NCBI GenBank assembly: GCA_964016885.1
Contig: OZ024747.1
Location: forward strand, 3,472,001-3,536,000
DNA: 64,000 nt
Direction of reading: 5' to 3'
DNA from: Eledone cirrhosa
Taxonomy: Eukaryota
Shown: piece after piece, positions 40,701 to 57,409 of the stretch
Layout of the letters: each line of letters begins with the position of its first letter
Numbering within the stretch: the first letter of the stretch is position 1
The notes under the pieces: model-generated
Told to the model about the DNA's origin: nothing
What the model saw: the letters and a program-made list of their open reading frames with translations, nothing else
Database searches by the model: none
Position numbers and translations under genes: made by a program

Positions 40701-43700
40701 TACAGTCAGTTATATATACCCAGTCAGTTATATACACACAGTCAGTTATATACACAGTCAGTTATATATACACAGTCAGTTATATACACACAGTCAGTTA
40801 TATACACAGTCAGTTATATACACACAGTCAGTTATATATACCCAGTCAGTTATATACACAGTCAGTTATATACACAGTCAGTTATATATACACAGTCAGT
40901 TATATACACACAGTCAGTTATATACACAGTCAGTTATATACACACAGTCAGTTATATATACCCAGTCAGTTATATATACCCAGTCAGTTATATACACACA
41001 GTCAGTTATATACACACAGTCAGTTATATACATACAGTCAGTTATACACACAGTCAGTTATATACACAGTCAGTTATATACACAGTGAGTTATATACACA
41101 CAGTCAGTTATACACACAATCAGTTATATACACACAGTCAGTTATATACACACAGTCAGTTATATACACAGTCAGTTATATACACAGTCAGTTATATACA
41201 CAGTCAGTTATATACACACAGTCAGTTATATACACACAGTCAGTTATATACACACAGTCAGTTGTATACACAGTCAGTTATATACACAGTCAGTTATATA
41301 CACACAGTCAGTTATATACACACAGTCAGTTATATACACAGTCAGTTATATACACACAGTCAGTTATATATACAGTCAGTTATATACACACAGTCAGTTA
41401 TATACATACAGTCAGTTATATACATACAGTCAGTTATACACACAGTCAGTTATATACACAGTCAGTTATATACACACAGTCAGTTATACACACAGTCAGT
41501 TATATACACAGTCAGTTATATACACAGTCAGTTTTATATACACAGTGAGTTATATACACACAGTCAGTTATATATACACAGTCAGTTATATACAGAGTGA
41601 GTTATATACACAGTCAGTTATATACACACAGTCAGTTATATACAGAGTGAGTTATATACACACAGTCAGTTATATACATACAGTCAGTTATATACACAGT
41701 CAGTTATATACACACAGTCAGTTATATACAGAGTGAGTTATATACACAGTCAGTTATACACACAGTCAGTTATATATACCCAGTGAGTTATATACACACA
41801 GTCAGTTATATACATACAGTCAGTTATATACACACAGTCAGTTATATACACACAGTCAGTTATATACACAGTCAGTTATATACACAGTCAGTTATACACA
41901 CAGTCAGTTATATATACCCAGTCAGTTATATACACACAGTCAGTTATATACATACAGTCAGTTATATACACAGTCAGTTATATACACAGTCAGTTATATA
42001 CACAGTCAGTTATATACACAGTCAGTTATATATACAGTCAGTTATATACACAGTCAGTTATATACACAGTCAGTTATATATACACAGTCAGTTATACACA
42101 CAGTCAGTTATATACATACAGTCAGTTATACACACAGTCAGTTATATACATACAGTCAGTTATACACACAGTCAGTTATATATACAGTCAGTTATATATA
42201 CAGTCAGTTATATACACACAGTCAGTTATATACATACAGTCAGTTATACACACAGTCAGTTATATGTACAGTCAGTTATATATACAGTCAGTTATATACA
42301 CACAGTCAGTTATATACATACAGTCAGTTATACACACAGTCAGTTATATACACAGTCAGTTATATACACACAGTCAGTTATACACACAGTCAGTTATATA
42401 CACAGTCAGTTATATACACAGTCAGTTATATATACACAGTGACTTATATAGACACAGTCAGTTATATACAGAGTGAGTTATATACACAGTCAGTTATATA
42501 CACACAGTCAGTTATATACAGAGTGAGTTATATACACAGTCAGTTATACACACAGTCAGTTATATATACCCAGTGAGTTATATACACACAGTCAGTTATA
42601 TACATACAGTCAGTTATATACACACAGTCAGTTATATACACACAGTCAGTTATATACACAGTCAGTTATATACACAGTCAGTTATATATACCCAGTCAGT
42701 TATATACACACAGTCAGTTATATACATACAGTCAGTTATATACATACAGTCAGTTATACACACAGTCAGTTATATACACAGTCAGTTATACACACAGTCA
42801 GTTATATATACCCAGTCAGTTATATACACACAGTCAGTTATATACACACAATCAGTTATATACACAGTCAGTTATATATACCCAGACAGTTATATACACA
42901 GTGAGTTATATACACAGTCAGTTATATATACACAGTCAGTTATATACACAGTCAGTTATATACACAGTCAGTTATATATACAGTCAGTTATATACACAGT
43001 CAGTTATATACACAGTCAGTTATATATACACAGTCAGTTATATACACACAGTCAGTTATACACACAGTCAGTTATATACAACAGTTAGTTATATATACAG
43101 TCAGTTATATACACAGTGAGTTATATACACACAGTCAGTTATATACACACAGTCAGTTATATATACAGTCAGTTATATACACACAGTCAGTTATATACAT
43201 ACAGTCAGTTATATACATACAGTCAGTTATATACACACAGTCAGTTATACACACAGTCAGTTATATACACAGTCAGTTATATATACACAGTCAGTTATAT
43301 ACACAGTCAGTTATATACACAGTCAGTTATATATACAGTCAGTTATATACACAGTCAGTTATATACACAGTCAGTTATATATACACAGTCAGTTATATAC
43401 ACACAGTCAGTTATATACACACAGTCAGTTATATACACACAGTCAGTTATATGCACAGTAAGTTATATACACACAGTCAGTTATATACACACAGTCAGTT
43501 ATATATACAGTCAGTTATATACATACAGTCAGTTATATACACACAGTCAGTTATATACATACAGTCAGTTATACACACAGTCAGTTATATACACAGTCTG
43601 TTATATACACACAGTCAGTTATATACACACAGTCAGTTATATACACACAGTCAGTTATATACATACAGTCAGTTATATACAAACAGTCAGTTATATACAC

Positions 43701-46700
43701 ACAGTCAGTTATATACAGTCAGTTATATACACACAGTCAGTTATATACACAGTCAGTTATATACACACAGTCAGTTATATACACAGTGAGTTATATACAC
43801 ACAGTCAGTTATATACACAGTCAGTTATATACACACAGTCAGTTATATATACAGTCAGTTATATATACCCAGTCAGTTATATACACAGTGAGTTATATAC
43901 ACACAGTCAGTTATATACATACAGTCAGTTATATACACACAGTCAGTTATATACATACAGTCAGTTATACACAGAGTGAGTTATATACAGAGTCAGTTAT
44001 ATACACAGTCAGTTATATACATACAGTCAGTTATACACACAGTCAGTTATATACACAGTCAGTTATATACACACAGTCAGTTATATACACACAGTCAGTT
44101 ATATACACAGTCAGTTATATACACACAGTCAGTTATATATACCCAGTCAGTTATATACACACAGTCAGTTATACACACTGTCAGTAATATACATACAGTC
44201 AGTTATACACACAGTCAGTTATATATACACAGTCAGTTATATACATACAGTCAGTTATATATACCCAGTCAGTTATATACACACAGTCAGTTATATACAC
44301 AGTCAGTTATATATACACAGTCAGTTATATACACACAGTCAGTTATATACACAGTCAGTTATATACACACAGTCAGTTATATATACCCAGTCAGTTATAT
44401 ACACAGTCAGTTATATACACAGTCAGTTATATATACACAGTCAGTTATATACACACAGTCAGTTATATACACAGTCAGTTATATACACACAGTCAGTTAT
44501 ATATACCCAGTCAGTTATATATACCCAGTCAGTTATATACACACAGTCAGTTATATACACACAGTCAGTTATATACATACAGTCAGTTATACACACAGTC
44601 AGTTATATACACACAGTCAGTTATATATACACAGTCAGTTATATACACAGTGAGTTATATACACACAGTCAGTTATACACACAATCAGTTATATACACAC
44701 AGTCAGTTATATACACACAGTCAGTTATATACACAGTCAGTTATATACACAGTCAGTTATATACACAGTCAGTTATATACACACAGTCAGTTATATACAC
44801 ACAGTCAGTTATATACACACAGTCAGTTATATACACAGTCAGTTATATACACAGTCAGTTATATACACACAGTCAGTTATATACACACAGTCAGTTATAT
44901 ACACAGTCAGTTATATACACACAGTCAGTTATATATACAGTCAGTTATATACACACAGTCAGTTATATACATACAGTCAGTTATATACATACAGTCAGTT
45001 ATACACACAGTCAGTTATATACACAGTCAGTTATATACACACAGTCAGTTATACACACAGTCAGTTATATACACAGTCAGTTATATACACAGTCAGTTTT
45101 ATATACACAGTGAGTTATATACACACAGTCAGTTATATATACACAGTCAGTTATATACAGAGTGAGTTATATACACAGTCAGTTATATACACACAGTCAG
45201 TTATATACAGAGTGAGTTATATACACACAGTCAGTTATATACATACAGTCAGTTATATACACAGTCAGTTATATACACACAGTCAGTTATATACAGAGTG
45301 AGTTATATACACAGTCAGTTATACACACAGTCAGTTATATATACCCAGTGAGTTATATACACACAGTCAGTTATATACATACAGTCAGTTATATACACAC
45401 AGTCAGTTATATACACACAGTCAGTTATATACACAGTCAGTTATATACACAGTCAGTTATACACACAGTCAGTTATATATACCCAGTCAGTTATATACAC
45501 ACAGTCAGTTATATACATACAGTCAGTTATATACACAGTCAGTTATATACACAGTCAGTTATATACACAGTCAGTTATATACACAGTCAGTTATATATAC
45601 AGTCAGTTATATACACAGTCAGTTATATACACAGTCAGTTATATATACACAGTCAGTTATACACACAGTCAGTTATATACATACAGTCAGTTATACACAC
45701 AGTCAGTTATATACATACAGTCAGTTATACACACAGTCAGTTATATATACAGTCAGTTATATATACAGTCAGTTATATACACACAGTCAGTTATATACAT
45801 ACAGTCAGTTATACACACAGTCAGTTATATGTACAGTCAGTTATATATACAGTCAGTTATATACACACAGTCAGTTATATACATACAGTCAGTTATATAC
45901 ACAGTCAGTTATATACACAGTCAGTTATATACACACAGTCAGTTATACACACAGTCAGTTATATACACAGTCAGTTATATACACAGTCAGTTATATATAC
46001 ACAGTGACTTATATAGACACAGTCAGTTATATACAGAGTGAGTTATATACACAGTCAGTTATATACACACAGTCAGTTATATACAGAGTGAGTTATATAC
46101 ACAGTCAGTTATACACACAGTCAGTTATATATACCCAGTGAGTTATATACACACAGTCAGTTATATACATACAGTCAGTTATATACACACAGTCAGTTAT
46201 ATACACACAGTCAGTTATATACACAGTCAGTTATATACACAGTCAGTTATATATACCCAGTCAGTTATATACACACAGTCAGTTATATACATACAGTCAG
46301 TTATATACATACAGTCAGTTATACACACAGTCAGTTATATACACAGTCAGTTATACACACAGTCAGTTATATATACCCAGTCAGTTATATACACACAGTC
46401 AGTTATATACACACAATCAGTTATATACACAGTCAGTTATATATACCCAGACAGTTATATACACAGTGAGTTATATACACAGTCAGTTATATATACACAG
46501 TCAGTTATATACACAGTCATTTATATACACAGTCAGTTATATATACAGTCAGTTATATACACAGTCAGTTATATACACAGTCAGTTATATATACACAGTC
46601 AGTTATATACACACAGTCAGTTATACACACAGTCAGTTATATACAAGAGTCAGTTATATATACAGTCAGTTATATACACAGTGAGTTATATACACACAGT

Positions 46701-49700
46701 CAGTTATATACACACAGTCAGTTATATATACAGTCAGTTATATACACACAGTCAGTTATATACATACAGTCAGTTATATACATACAGTCAGTTATATACA
46801 CACAGTCAGTTATACACACAGTCAGTTATATACACAGTCAGTTATATATACACAGTCAGTTATATACACAGTCAGTTATATACACAGTCAGTTATATATA
46901 CAGTCAGTTATATACACAGTCAGTTATATACACAGTCAGTTATATATACACAGTCAGTTATATACACACAGTCAGTTATATACACACAGTCAGTTATATA
47001 CACACAGTCAGTTATATGCACAGTAAGTTATATACACACAGTCAGTTATATACACACAGTCAGTTATATATACAGTCAGTTATATACATACAGTCAGTTA
47101 TATACACACAGTCAGTTATATACATACAGTCAGTTATACACACAGTCAGTTATATACACAGTCTGTTATATACACACAGTCAGTTATATACACACAGTCA
47201 GTTATATACACACAGTCAGTTATATACATACAGTCAGTTATATACACACAGTCAGTTATATACACACAGTCAGTTATATACAGTCAGTTATATACACACA
47301 GTCAGTTATATACACAGTCAGTTATATACACACAGTCAGTTATATACACAGTGAGTTATATACACACAGTCAGTTATATACACAGTCAGTTATATACACA
47401 CAGTACATTATATATACAGTCAGTTATATATACCCAGTCAGTTATATACACAGTGAGTTATATACACACAGTCAGTTATATACATACAGTCAGTTATATA
47501 TACACAGTCAGTTATATACATACAGTCAGTTATACACAGAGTGAGTTATATACAGAGTAAGTTATATACACAGTCAGTTATATACATACAGTCAGTTATA
47601 CACACAGTCAGTTATATACACAGTCAGTTATATACACACAGTCAGTTATATACACACAGTCAGTTATATACACAGTCAGTTATATACACACAGTCAGTTA
47701 TATACACACAGTCAGTTATATACATACAGTCAGTTATACACACAATCAGTTATATACACAGTCAGTTAGATACACACAGTCTGTTATATACACACAGTGA
47801 GTTATATACACACAGTCAGTTATATACACAGTCAGTTATATACACACAGTCAGTTATACATACAGTCAGTTATACACACAGTCAGTTATATACACAGTCA
47901 GTTATATACACACAGTCAGTTATATACTCACAGTCAGTTATATACACAGTCAGTTATATACACACAGTCAGTTATATACACACAGTCAGTTATACACACA
48001 GTCAGTTATATACACAGTCAGTTATATACACACAGTCAGTTATATATACCCAGTGAGTTTTATACACACAGTCAGTTATATACATACAGTCAGTTATCTA
48101 CACACAGTCAGTTATATACACACAGTCAGTTATATACACAGTCAGTTATATACACAGTCAGTTATACACACAGTCAGTTATATATACCCAGTCAGTTATA
48201 TACACACAGTCAGTTATATAGATACAGTCAGTTATATACACAGTCAGTTATATACACAGTCAGTTATATACACAGTCAGTTATATACACACAGTCAGTTA
48301 TATATACAGTCAGTTATATACACACAGTCAGTTATATACATACAGTCAGTTATACACACAGTCAGTTATATACATACAGTCAGTTATACACACAGTCAGT
48401 TATATGCACAGTCAGTTATATACACACAGTCAGTTATACACACAGTCAGTTATATACACAGTCAGTTATATACACAGTCAGTTATATATACACAGTGAGT
48501 TATATAGACACAGTCAGTTATATACAGAGTGAGTTATATACACAGTCAGTTATATACACACAGTCAGTTATATACAGAGTGAGTTATATACACAGTCAGT
48601 TATACACACAGTCAGTTATATATACCCAGTGAGTTATATACACACAGTCAGTTATATACATACAGTCAGTTATATACACACAGTCAGTTATATACACACA
48701 GTCAGTTATATACACAGTCAGTTATATACACAGTCAGTTATATATACCCAGTCAGTTATATACACACAGTCAGTTATATACATACAGTCAGTTATATACA
48801 TACAGTCAGTTATACACACAGTCAGTTATATACACAGTCAGTTATACACACAGTCAGTTATATATACCCAGTCAGTTATATACACACAGTCAGTTATATA
48901 CACACAATCAGTTATATACACAGTCAGTTATATATACCCAGTCAGTTATATACACAGTGAGTTATATACACAGTCAGTTATATATACACAGTCAGTTATA
49001 TACACAGTCAGTTATATACACAGTCAGTTATATATACAGTCAGTTATATACACAGTCAGTTATATACGCAGTCAGTTATATATACACAGTCAGTTATATA
49101 CACACAGTCAGTTATATACACACAGTCAGTTATATACACACAGTCAGTTATATACACAGTGAGTTATATACACACAGTCAGTTATATACACACAGTCAGT
49201 TATATATACAGTCAGTTATATACACACAGTCAGTTATATACATACAGTCATTTATATACATACAGTCAGTTATATACACACAGTCAGTTATACACACAGT
49301 CAGTTATATACACAGTCAGTTATATATACACAGTCAGTTATATACACAGTCAGTTATATACACAGTCAGTTATATATACAGTCAGTTATATACACAGTCA
49401 GTTATATACACAGTCAGTTATATATACACAGTCAGTTATATACACACAGTCAGTTATATACACACAGTCAGTTATATACACACAGTCAGTTATATGCACA
49501 GTAAGTTATATACACACAGTCAGTTATATACACACAGTCAGTTATATATACACAGTCAGTTATATACATACAGTCAGTTATACACACAGTCAGTTATATA
49601 CACAGTCAGTTATATACACACAGTCAGTTATATACACACAGTCAGTTATATACACACTCAGTTATATACACACAGTCAGTTATATACACACAGTCAGTTA

Positions 49701-50415
49701 TATACAGTCAGTTATATACACACAGTCAGTTATATACACAGTCAGTTATATACACACAGTCAGTTATATACACACAGTCAGTTATATATACACAGTCAGT
49801 TATATACACAGTGAGTTATATACACACAGTCAGTTATATACACAGTCAGTTATATACACACAGTCAGTTATATATACAGTCAGGTATATATACCCAGTCA
49901 GTTATATACACAGTGAGTTATATACACACAGTCAGTTATATACATACAGTCAGTTATATACACACAGTCAGTTATATACATACAGTCAGTTATACACAGA
50001 GTGAGTTATATACACAGTCAGTTATATACACAGTCAGTTATATACATACAGTCAGTTATACACACAGTCAGTTATATACACAGTCAGTTATATACACACA
50101 GTCAGTTATATACACACAGTCAGTTATATACACAGTCAGTTATATACACACAGTCAGTTATATACACACAGTCAGTTATATACATACAGTCAGTTATACA
50201 CACAGTCAGTTATATACACAGTCAGTTATATACACACAGTCTGTTATATACACACAGTGAGTTATATACACACAGTTAGTTATATACACAGTCAGTTATA
50301 TACACACAGTCAGTTATATATACAGTCAGTTATATACACACAGTCAGTTATATATACAGTCAGTTATATATACCCAGTCAGTTATATACACAGTGAGTTA
50401 TACACACAGTCAGTT
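37736..50415. repeat. 12.7-kb satellite; monomer CAGT(G/C)AGTTATATA(Y)A(CA), 16/18 bp
   Basis: GTGAGT variant to ~40250, GTCAGT variant after. Higher-order periods are visible. Confidence 0.98.
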
Positions 50416-51436
50416 TAGATTACATCTTTAAGTAAGTCTATACTTCTTTAACTGAAGGCAGTAAAACTAATATATTACACACACACATTCCTTCTACTTC
50501 GTTTCCTTTAATCGAGTAGCAACCAAGGGAGAGCATTCCTTCCTTCATAAATTCTCAAAATTCTATATTTTCAATGTAAATGTCTTATCGTTGATTTATT
50601 AACAATTTATTACTGGGAATATATTTGGCAAAGAAATAAAATTATAAACAATATTTCATTGTAAAATAATCACTCGAGATATTTTAGCACCTCATTTATG
50701 TTAAATTTAAAGTTAAAAATCAGCAAAATATTAACCTTGAATATAAATCAACCCTTTGCACCATATTACCATAGATTGTTCCGTCATATTTCTCAGTTTA
50801 GTGTATACAGTAATTCATCAAGTATTGAAGTAAATTTGATAGACATTATGGTATGTTGTGACAAAATGTCTAAGACAAGCAATTGACAGGTTGTTACCTA
50901 TAGCCATGAGTAGCCATGGGTAATGACTGAAAGAATACAATCTTGAATAGGAGCCGCTGAAATGGGATTCCTCCAAAGGGTCTTTGGAGTAACATTACTT
51001 AATAGAATGTGTAGCTCAGAGATGAGAGAGTCATGCCAGGTAGAGTCACAACTTCTCCGCATTGAGAGAACACAGCTCTGATTCTATAGGCATGTGTTTA
51101 GAATGTCTCAGGAAAGAATCGCTGGACAGATTTTATGGGCAAAACTAATTGGTAGGTGACCCACGGGTAGACACCAAGCAAGGTGGATAACATCCAAGAG
51201 CTTGGCTGGTCTCGCTTGGGGGTCCAGCCGGATCAGAAGAAGAAGAAGAAGGAGAAGAAGTGTATTTGAGGGACAATAGCCTGACACAGTGATAGCCTCT
51301 CTTTCAAAACAGAAAGTTTATAACATGATTAATTTATTATGTTATTCCTAAATGTTAATATCATTATTCAAGTATTATGATAACACGTCAAGTTGTCTAG
51401 GAAACTGGGAAACAGAAAGAAAGGGTTAAATAAATA

Positions 51437-51887
51437 ATCATCACCATCATCATCATCATCCTCATCACCACCTTCATTATCATCATCATTACCATCATCA
51501 TCATCAGCTTCACCACCTTCATTATCATCATCATCATTACCATCATCATCATCAGCATCAGCATCACCACCACCATCATTATCATCATCAGAATCATCAC
51601 TATCATCATCATCACCATTATCATCATCACTGTCATTACCAACATCATCATCATCATCACCCCTCCATCCCCAACCCCCACCACTACCATTCTCATCATC
51701 ATCATCATCACCCCACCGTCACCACCACCATCCCCACCCTCACCACCACCGTTCTCATCATCATCATCATCATCATCATCACCCCACCATCACCACCACC
51801 ATCCCCACCCGCACCACCACCATTCTCATCATCATCATCATCATCATTACCCCCCCCCCATCACCACCACCACCACCACCACCATCA
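51437..51887. repeat. (CAT)n/(CAC)n tract
   Basis: Directly visible. Confidence 0.93.
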
Positions 51888-51945
51888 TGGTATCCGCTCT
51901 ACTTCTGTTGGAGGTTGTTGTGTCTGTAGAAGTCAATTCTGCGCT

Positions 51946-52061
51946 CTCCTGTCTTAGAGGTGGTATTATTCCTTGTCTCTTCCATTGGAATGGACAGAGA
52001 GGCTGCTCCTGTCTTAGAGGTGGTATTATTCCTTGTCTCTTCCATTGGAATGGACAGAGAG
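51946..52061. repeat. Exact 60-bp-period tandem duplication
   Basis: ctcctgtcttagaggtggtattattccttgtctcttccattggaatggacagagag occurs twice. Confidence 0.95.
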
Positions 52062-55000
52062 CCTTGGAACATCACATCAGGTTTCTATCATCCAAATTGA
52101 ATAAATCATTTTATATACTCTCCTTACTTTGTTAGGAATATATGCTACTGATAACTATACACAGACATATATACACAGACACATACATACACACACACAT
52201 ATACATATACATATTTATGCAAAAAAATATTCACATATACACATGCATACACACACACATACACATGTTTATGTATAAATACATTCACATATACACATGC
52301 ACATGCATACACACATACACATGTTTATATATAAATACATTCACATATACACATGCACATGCATACACACATACATACACATGTTTATATATAAATACAT
52401 TCACATATTCACATGCATACGCACACACATATTTATGCATTAATATATACACATATACACACATATATAAAGACATACATATCAGTAGACATTGTTATAT
52501 TAATAACTATTTCTATATTTGGCACAAGGCCAGTAATTTAGAGGGAAAGTTGATCAACCCCCGCGTATTACTGGGGCTTTATTTTATTGATCGTATAAGG
52601 ATGTAAGGCAAAACTAACCTTGGTTGGATTGGAATTCAGAACCTAAAGCAACATAACTATATGCCACAAAGTATATATACATAATACATAATACACATGC
52701 ACACATACAACTCAAAACATACACATCCACACATACAATAACATCCATATCTACACATGCAGACATACAGACATATCTACCTAGTTGATGTGTAAATTCC
52801 AATGAGAGAGTCTTGTGTCTATGTTAGAAACCGACTCTCTCTATTGACAAAGATTTGTGAAATTATAAAACCGGAAGAATATACATACATACATACACAC
52901 ATACATACATACATTTACGTACATACATACATACATTTACATACATATAGAGGCGATTTGTCATAGCAGTTAAACTTGATGGCGTGCCATCACCGAATCA
53001 AGTAAAATTTATTTATGCTTGCCATAATCCAGTAATTAAAAACTTAATCTTTACAATTTACACCTGATGATGTCACCATAATTCTTACAACATAATCCGA
53101 CGTTGTGAGCTACCAGACATTGGAAAACACAAGTCTAGGCTAGAAGATATTTTCCTAAGGTGCCAAAGAGTAGACTTGAACTTGGAACAATGTGGTTACC
53201 AGGCAAATTTCAAGCCTATGTAGCCATTACTTGAAATATGTCTGCTATGTTTGCTGTTAAATAAAGTTATTGTAGTAGCCATGAAAAGAGTTAAATTTCC
53301 ATATAAGGATGTAGGATCTGCCTGCTGCATCTGTAAATTTCATAGATTTGCCTAATTTTACCAGTGACAATAACAATATGAGTTGAAACCTATCTGCAGC
53401 CTTAGTGCTGTATCTCTATGCAGTTCATTACTATTTGCCTGAGTCTCCTGTCTTTTTGATAATAGATACAGCTCTTCATTGTTAAATTATTAATATCAGG
53501 AAGAACATCTGGCAGTAAAAGAAAACAACAAAACTCCTATGCTTCTATGATTCAAATACCATTAGGGAAATTTTCAAATTTGTCCCATTCAAAAGGAATT
53601 TTCTGTCCTTTTATTCATTTATTCATCGCCATTCTCTGCATTTATTGAGATAAACTGGATATTGCTGTTGTCTGTTCAGTAATTAAATGATTGAGAGAGA
53701 CACCCACTCTAGAGAAGACAGCAGTATTATCACAGGATTTACTCATGGAATTATTTGAGCAAAATATTACAAACTAATGAAACACCTATCAGTACACAAT
53801 ATCTGTGAGATGCATCGTTAGTAAATTAGCAAGGTCATTAAATAGTAAAACAAAAATTCCTTACAGTATTTATTTTGACTCTTTACACTGTGTTTTAATC
53901 CCAACAAGGTTAGCTTTACCCTTCATATTTTGGGGGCTGATAAAATAACATACCAGTTCCAGTTGGTAGATAAATGGAATTGTTAGGTTGTCAGATGAAA
54001 TGTGGGATGTTTTGTAGTATTTGTTCTGGCTCTTTGGATCTTTGAATTCAGAGTTCAAAATCTTACGATAGCCAACTTGAAAGGTTGGCTTAATAAAGAA
54101 CACTACCTATCATTTTCAAATCATGTTGAAAATAATCTTGATTTGGCAAGTATGTAGTAATATAACAAATATTCCTATTATTAGGAGATGTTTGGAACAT
54201 AACTTAACAAAGATTTTTTTCTTTCTTTTTACATAAAAATCATGACCAATAACTTGTAAATGAAACTGGTTGCCAGAAACTGTGCAGAAGCCCATTAAAT
54301 GTGTGTGTGTGTGTGTGTTTGACTTTGTTCTATATTGACACTATATGACATTTAAAAATCATGGTTGTCTAAAATGTTGCTCAACTGTTTGCAAAGTTAC
54401 AAAGATTAGTCCAATCCAATCCAATCCAGGACCTTCTCACACCAGTTGGAGGAACCACTCCCTGGTTGACCTCCACCACTTTCTATTAGCTTTTGGTCAA
54501 GCCAGAGGTGTAGCTTGGACAATTACAGGTTAGTGAGGTTATTTAATCCATAGTTGGGATGGATGGCCATTGACTTTGAGAAGTTCATTTGTCCTTTTAA
54601 CAGCACTAGTTCTTTGTGCTGCTGGGGTTCCACTTACCTTCCTCACTAGACCAAGGTCTAGTGGGGGAAGCCAGCTGACCACTCAACCATAAAGCAGGGT
54701 GTGATTGCTTACATGGTACCAGTAGCAGAGAGATGCCTGACCTGATCATATTAGTACCAACAGGAAGGGTATACATCCATAGAATACTATCTCAAAAAAC
54801 TTTCCGCATCTAACTCATACCAGCATGGCAAAGTGGACATAAAAACGATAATGATGATGATTATAATGATAACGATGATGATGATGATGATGATGATAAT
54901 GACGATGAAGAAATGAGTGTTTAATGCCCTCGCAATATGATGCTAGCTTATTGTAGCTATCTTTTTACAAAGGAATAATTGAATTATACAAAAGGATAAT

Positions 55001-55307
55001 TGACAATGAAACACTCATGAATTTTATAGTGCGGTCGCTGCTTATAGTTGGTAATTACAGCAACTTCAAGAATGTAGTTACTGCAAAAGCAAGTTGGTTG
55101 TAAATAGTTAAGTCAGTTAATAGTTATTAATAGTTAAACATAGACACAATACAGCGTTGGTAACAGGATGTAATAAACCTTTAAAATGTTGTGTTGCTTC
55201 CTGAGATGATATGAAGCTAACCATTCATATTTCTGAACAGTAAGAATTGTATACAAATATGTATGTATATATATATATATATATAAATATATATATTATA
55301 TATATAT

Positions 55308-56020
55308 CATCATCATCATCATCATCATCATAATTTTACGTCCGCTTTTCCTTGCTTGCACGGTCCTTCGTCATCTCCACCATGAGCTTCAGTGATCTGA
55401 GGTCTGTTCTCACCACCTCCGCCCATGTTTTTCGTGGTCTACCTCTACCACGTCTTCCTTCAACTGGCACTTCTTCACCCATTGGTCATCCTCCATGCGC
55501 ATCACATGTCCATACCATCTCAGTCTCCTCTCTCGCACACTACATTCTATCCCTCTCAGACACAGTTTCTCTCTCAACATATTCATGCTGGGTTGTTCAC
55601 GCACATTGACACTGCACATCCAATGGAGCATGCTTTCCTCATTTCTCTCCAGCCATCGCATATCCTCTGCAGTTGCTGCCCATGTCTCACTACCATGCAG
55701 CATCGCGCTCCTCACACAGGCATCATATAACCGGCCTTTCATACGCAGGGAGAAACCATTCTTCGTCAGCAGAGGAAGCAGCTCCCTAAACTTCTTCCAA
55801 CCTGTCCTTATTCCAGATACTATGGCCTCAGAACCCCCCTGCCATGCTAATCTGATCTCCTAGGTACCGGAAGCTATCCACCACTTCTATAGCACCCGCC
55901 TACATTTGAAAAATGTGTCTATCAATGCGACTACTACTGTCTAATTTCCCTGTACATCTACTGCATACGTATTTCTCCCTACCTCTTAGTTTGCCTGCTA
56001 TCCCCCTACATCTTGTATAG
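55308..56020 (-). mobile_element. 5'-truncated RTE LINE, same family as 4276-4966
   Basis: ORF 55410-55742 MKGRLYDACVRSAMLHGSETW...RLRWYGHVMR. Confidence 0.92.
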
Positions 56021-56089
56021 TCCAAGGATAACTTGAACCGTTAAGGTATATTTTCCTTGGTTATGTCAAAATTTATAAAACACACTTCG

Positions 56090-56150
56090 TATTTTATCTG
56101 ATGATAGCGTACCAAAGTTTTGGTACCCTTGAAATATATATAATAGAATA
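56090..56150 (+). ncRNA. Type I hammerhead ribozyme (family A; element ~56025-56290)
   Basis: tattttat-CTGATGA-tagcgtaccaa agtt ttggtaccctt-GAAA-tatata-TA/atagaata. Confidence 0.85.
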
Positions 56151-56488
56151 AATATGGTTTTATAAATATACTTTCCATTTATTTAATATCATTGTATATT
56201 ATACTCCAGAAAATCTGTCGAGTGCTCTGAATCAGTTATAAACATTTATATTTGTTGAATTACCAACAAATTGAATATCCCTTCTGCTTATATAAATATA
56301 TATATATATATATAAATAACGAAGGAGTTGCGGGGTCATACATTTTCCTATATATATATATAAAAATATATATATATAAAAATATATATATATATAAATA
56401 TATATATATAAAAATATATATATATATAAATATATATATAAAAATATATATATATAAATATATATATATATAAAAATATATATATATA

Positions 56489-56530
<42 letters not shown>

Positions 56531-57360
56531 CACACATCAATATCAACAATAAGTGTTCAAAGGTCAAAATCCCTGATAAAGCAGTGGTTAGCCATGTGGG
56601 CTCCATTTTCTCCCCACTCACCAAACCCCTGGCTTTCATTTCCTCCTCCATCTTCTTAACTATGTCTTCCTCTTCCTCTATTTCCTTCCACATCTATTTC
56701 CATCATTCGATCACTTTCATCCTTCCTCAACACATCAACCAATCATTTCATTCTTTTTCTTTTCACAACATTCATCACAAGCTCTGTTCCCATCCTGTTT
56801 ATTCCATTGTTTCTCTCTCTCTCGCCACACTCCTCCCATCCACCATATTATTCTGTCTAACTTCCAGTCTTCCCAGCTTTCTCTACTCTACTTCTCTACA
56901 TGTGTTTCACCCATGTTTCGCTCTCATAAATCCTGGAACTTCTCACACATGCAGAATTCTCACTTCTCTTTAGTTTCAGTAAGTTGTAAGAGGTGACTAA
57001 CAGAGTTGGTACCAGGGAGAGCAGCTGGCTGTAAAACATACTGTAAGAAAGACCCCATGATTAGTATAGTACATCAGGGAAAACTGATGTTAAATGCTCA
57101 AGATATATATATAGGAAAAGAATCAGGAGTCCGACGGCTGAGCTCCAGCTGTTTCAACAGCTAACACATACATACATACATATATATATATAATACAAAT
57201 TGAAATTTAGTAAATTCGAAGTTTTGGCTAACGATATACAATTAAGAATGCGCAGCAAAGCACTCGATAAGGTTATGTCATTTTAGAGTAATAACATACG
57301 TTAGATGCGGCAGGCAAACCTAGCCACATGATACCAAAGCAGTGAAAAAAACCAATCAGG

Positions 57361-57409
<49 letters not shown>

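Noticed and set aside
40203-50279. Repetitive SYIHTV/SQLYT ORFs, and possible CRISPR-like periodicity
   Set aside because: These are satellite translations. There are no unique spacers and no cas genes, and the context is eukaryotic.
56232-56960. Glu-rich [17 protein letters not shown]
   Set aside because: Probably a frameshifted RTE C-terminal remnant running into a TA tract.
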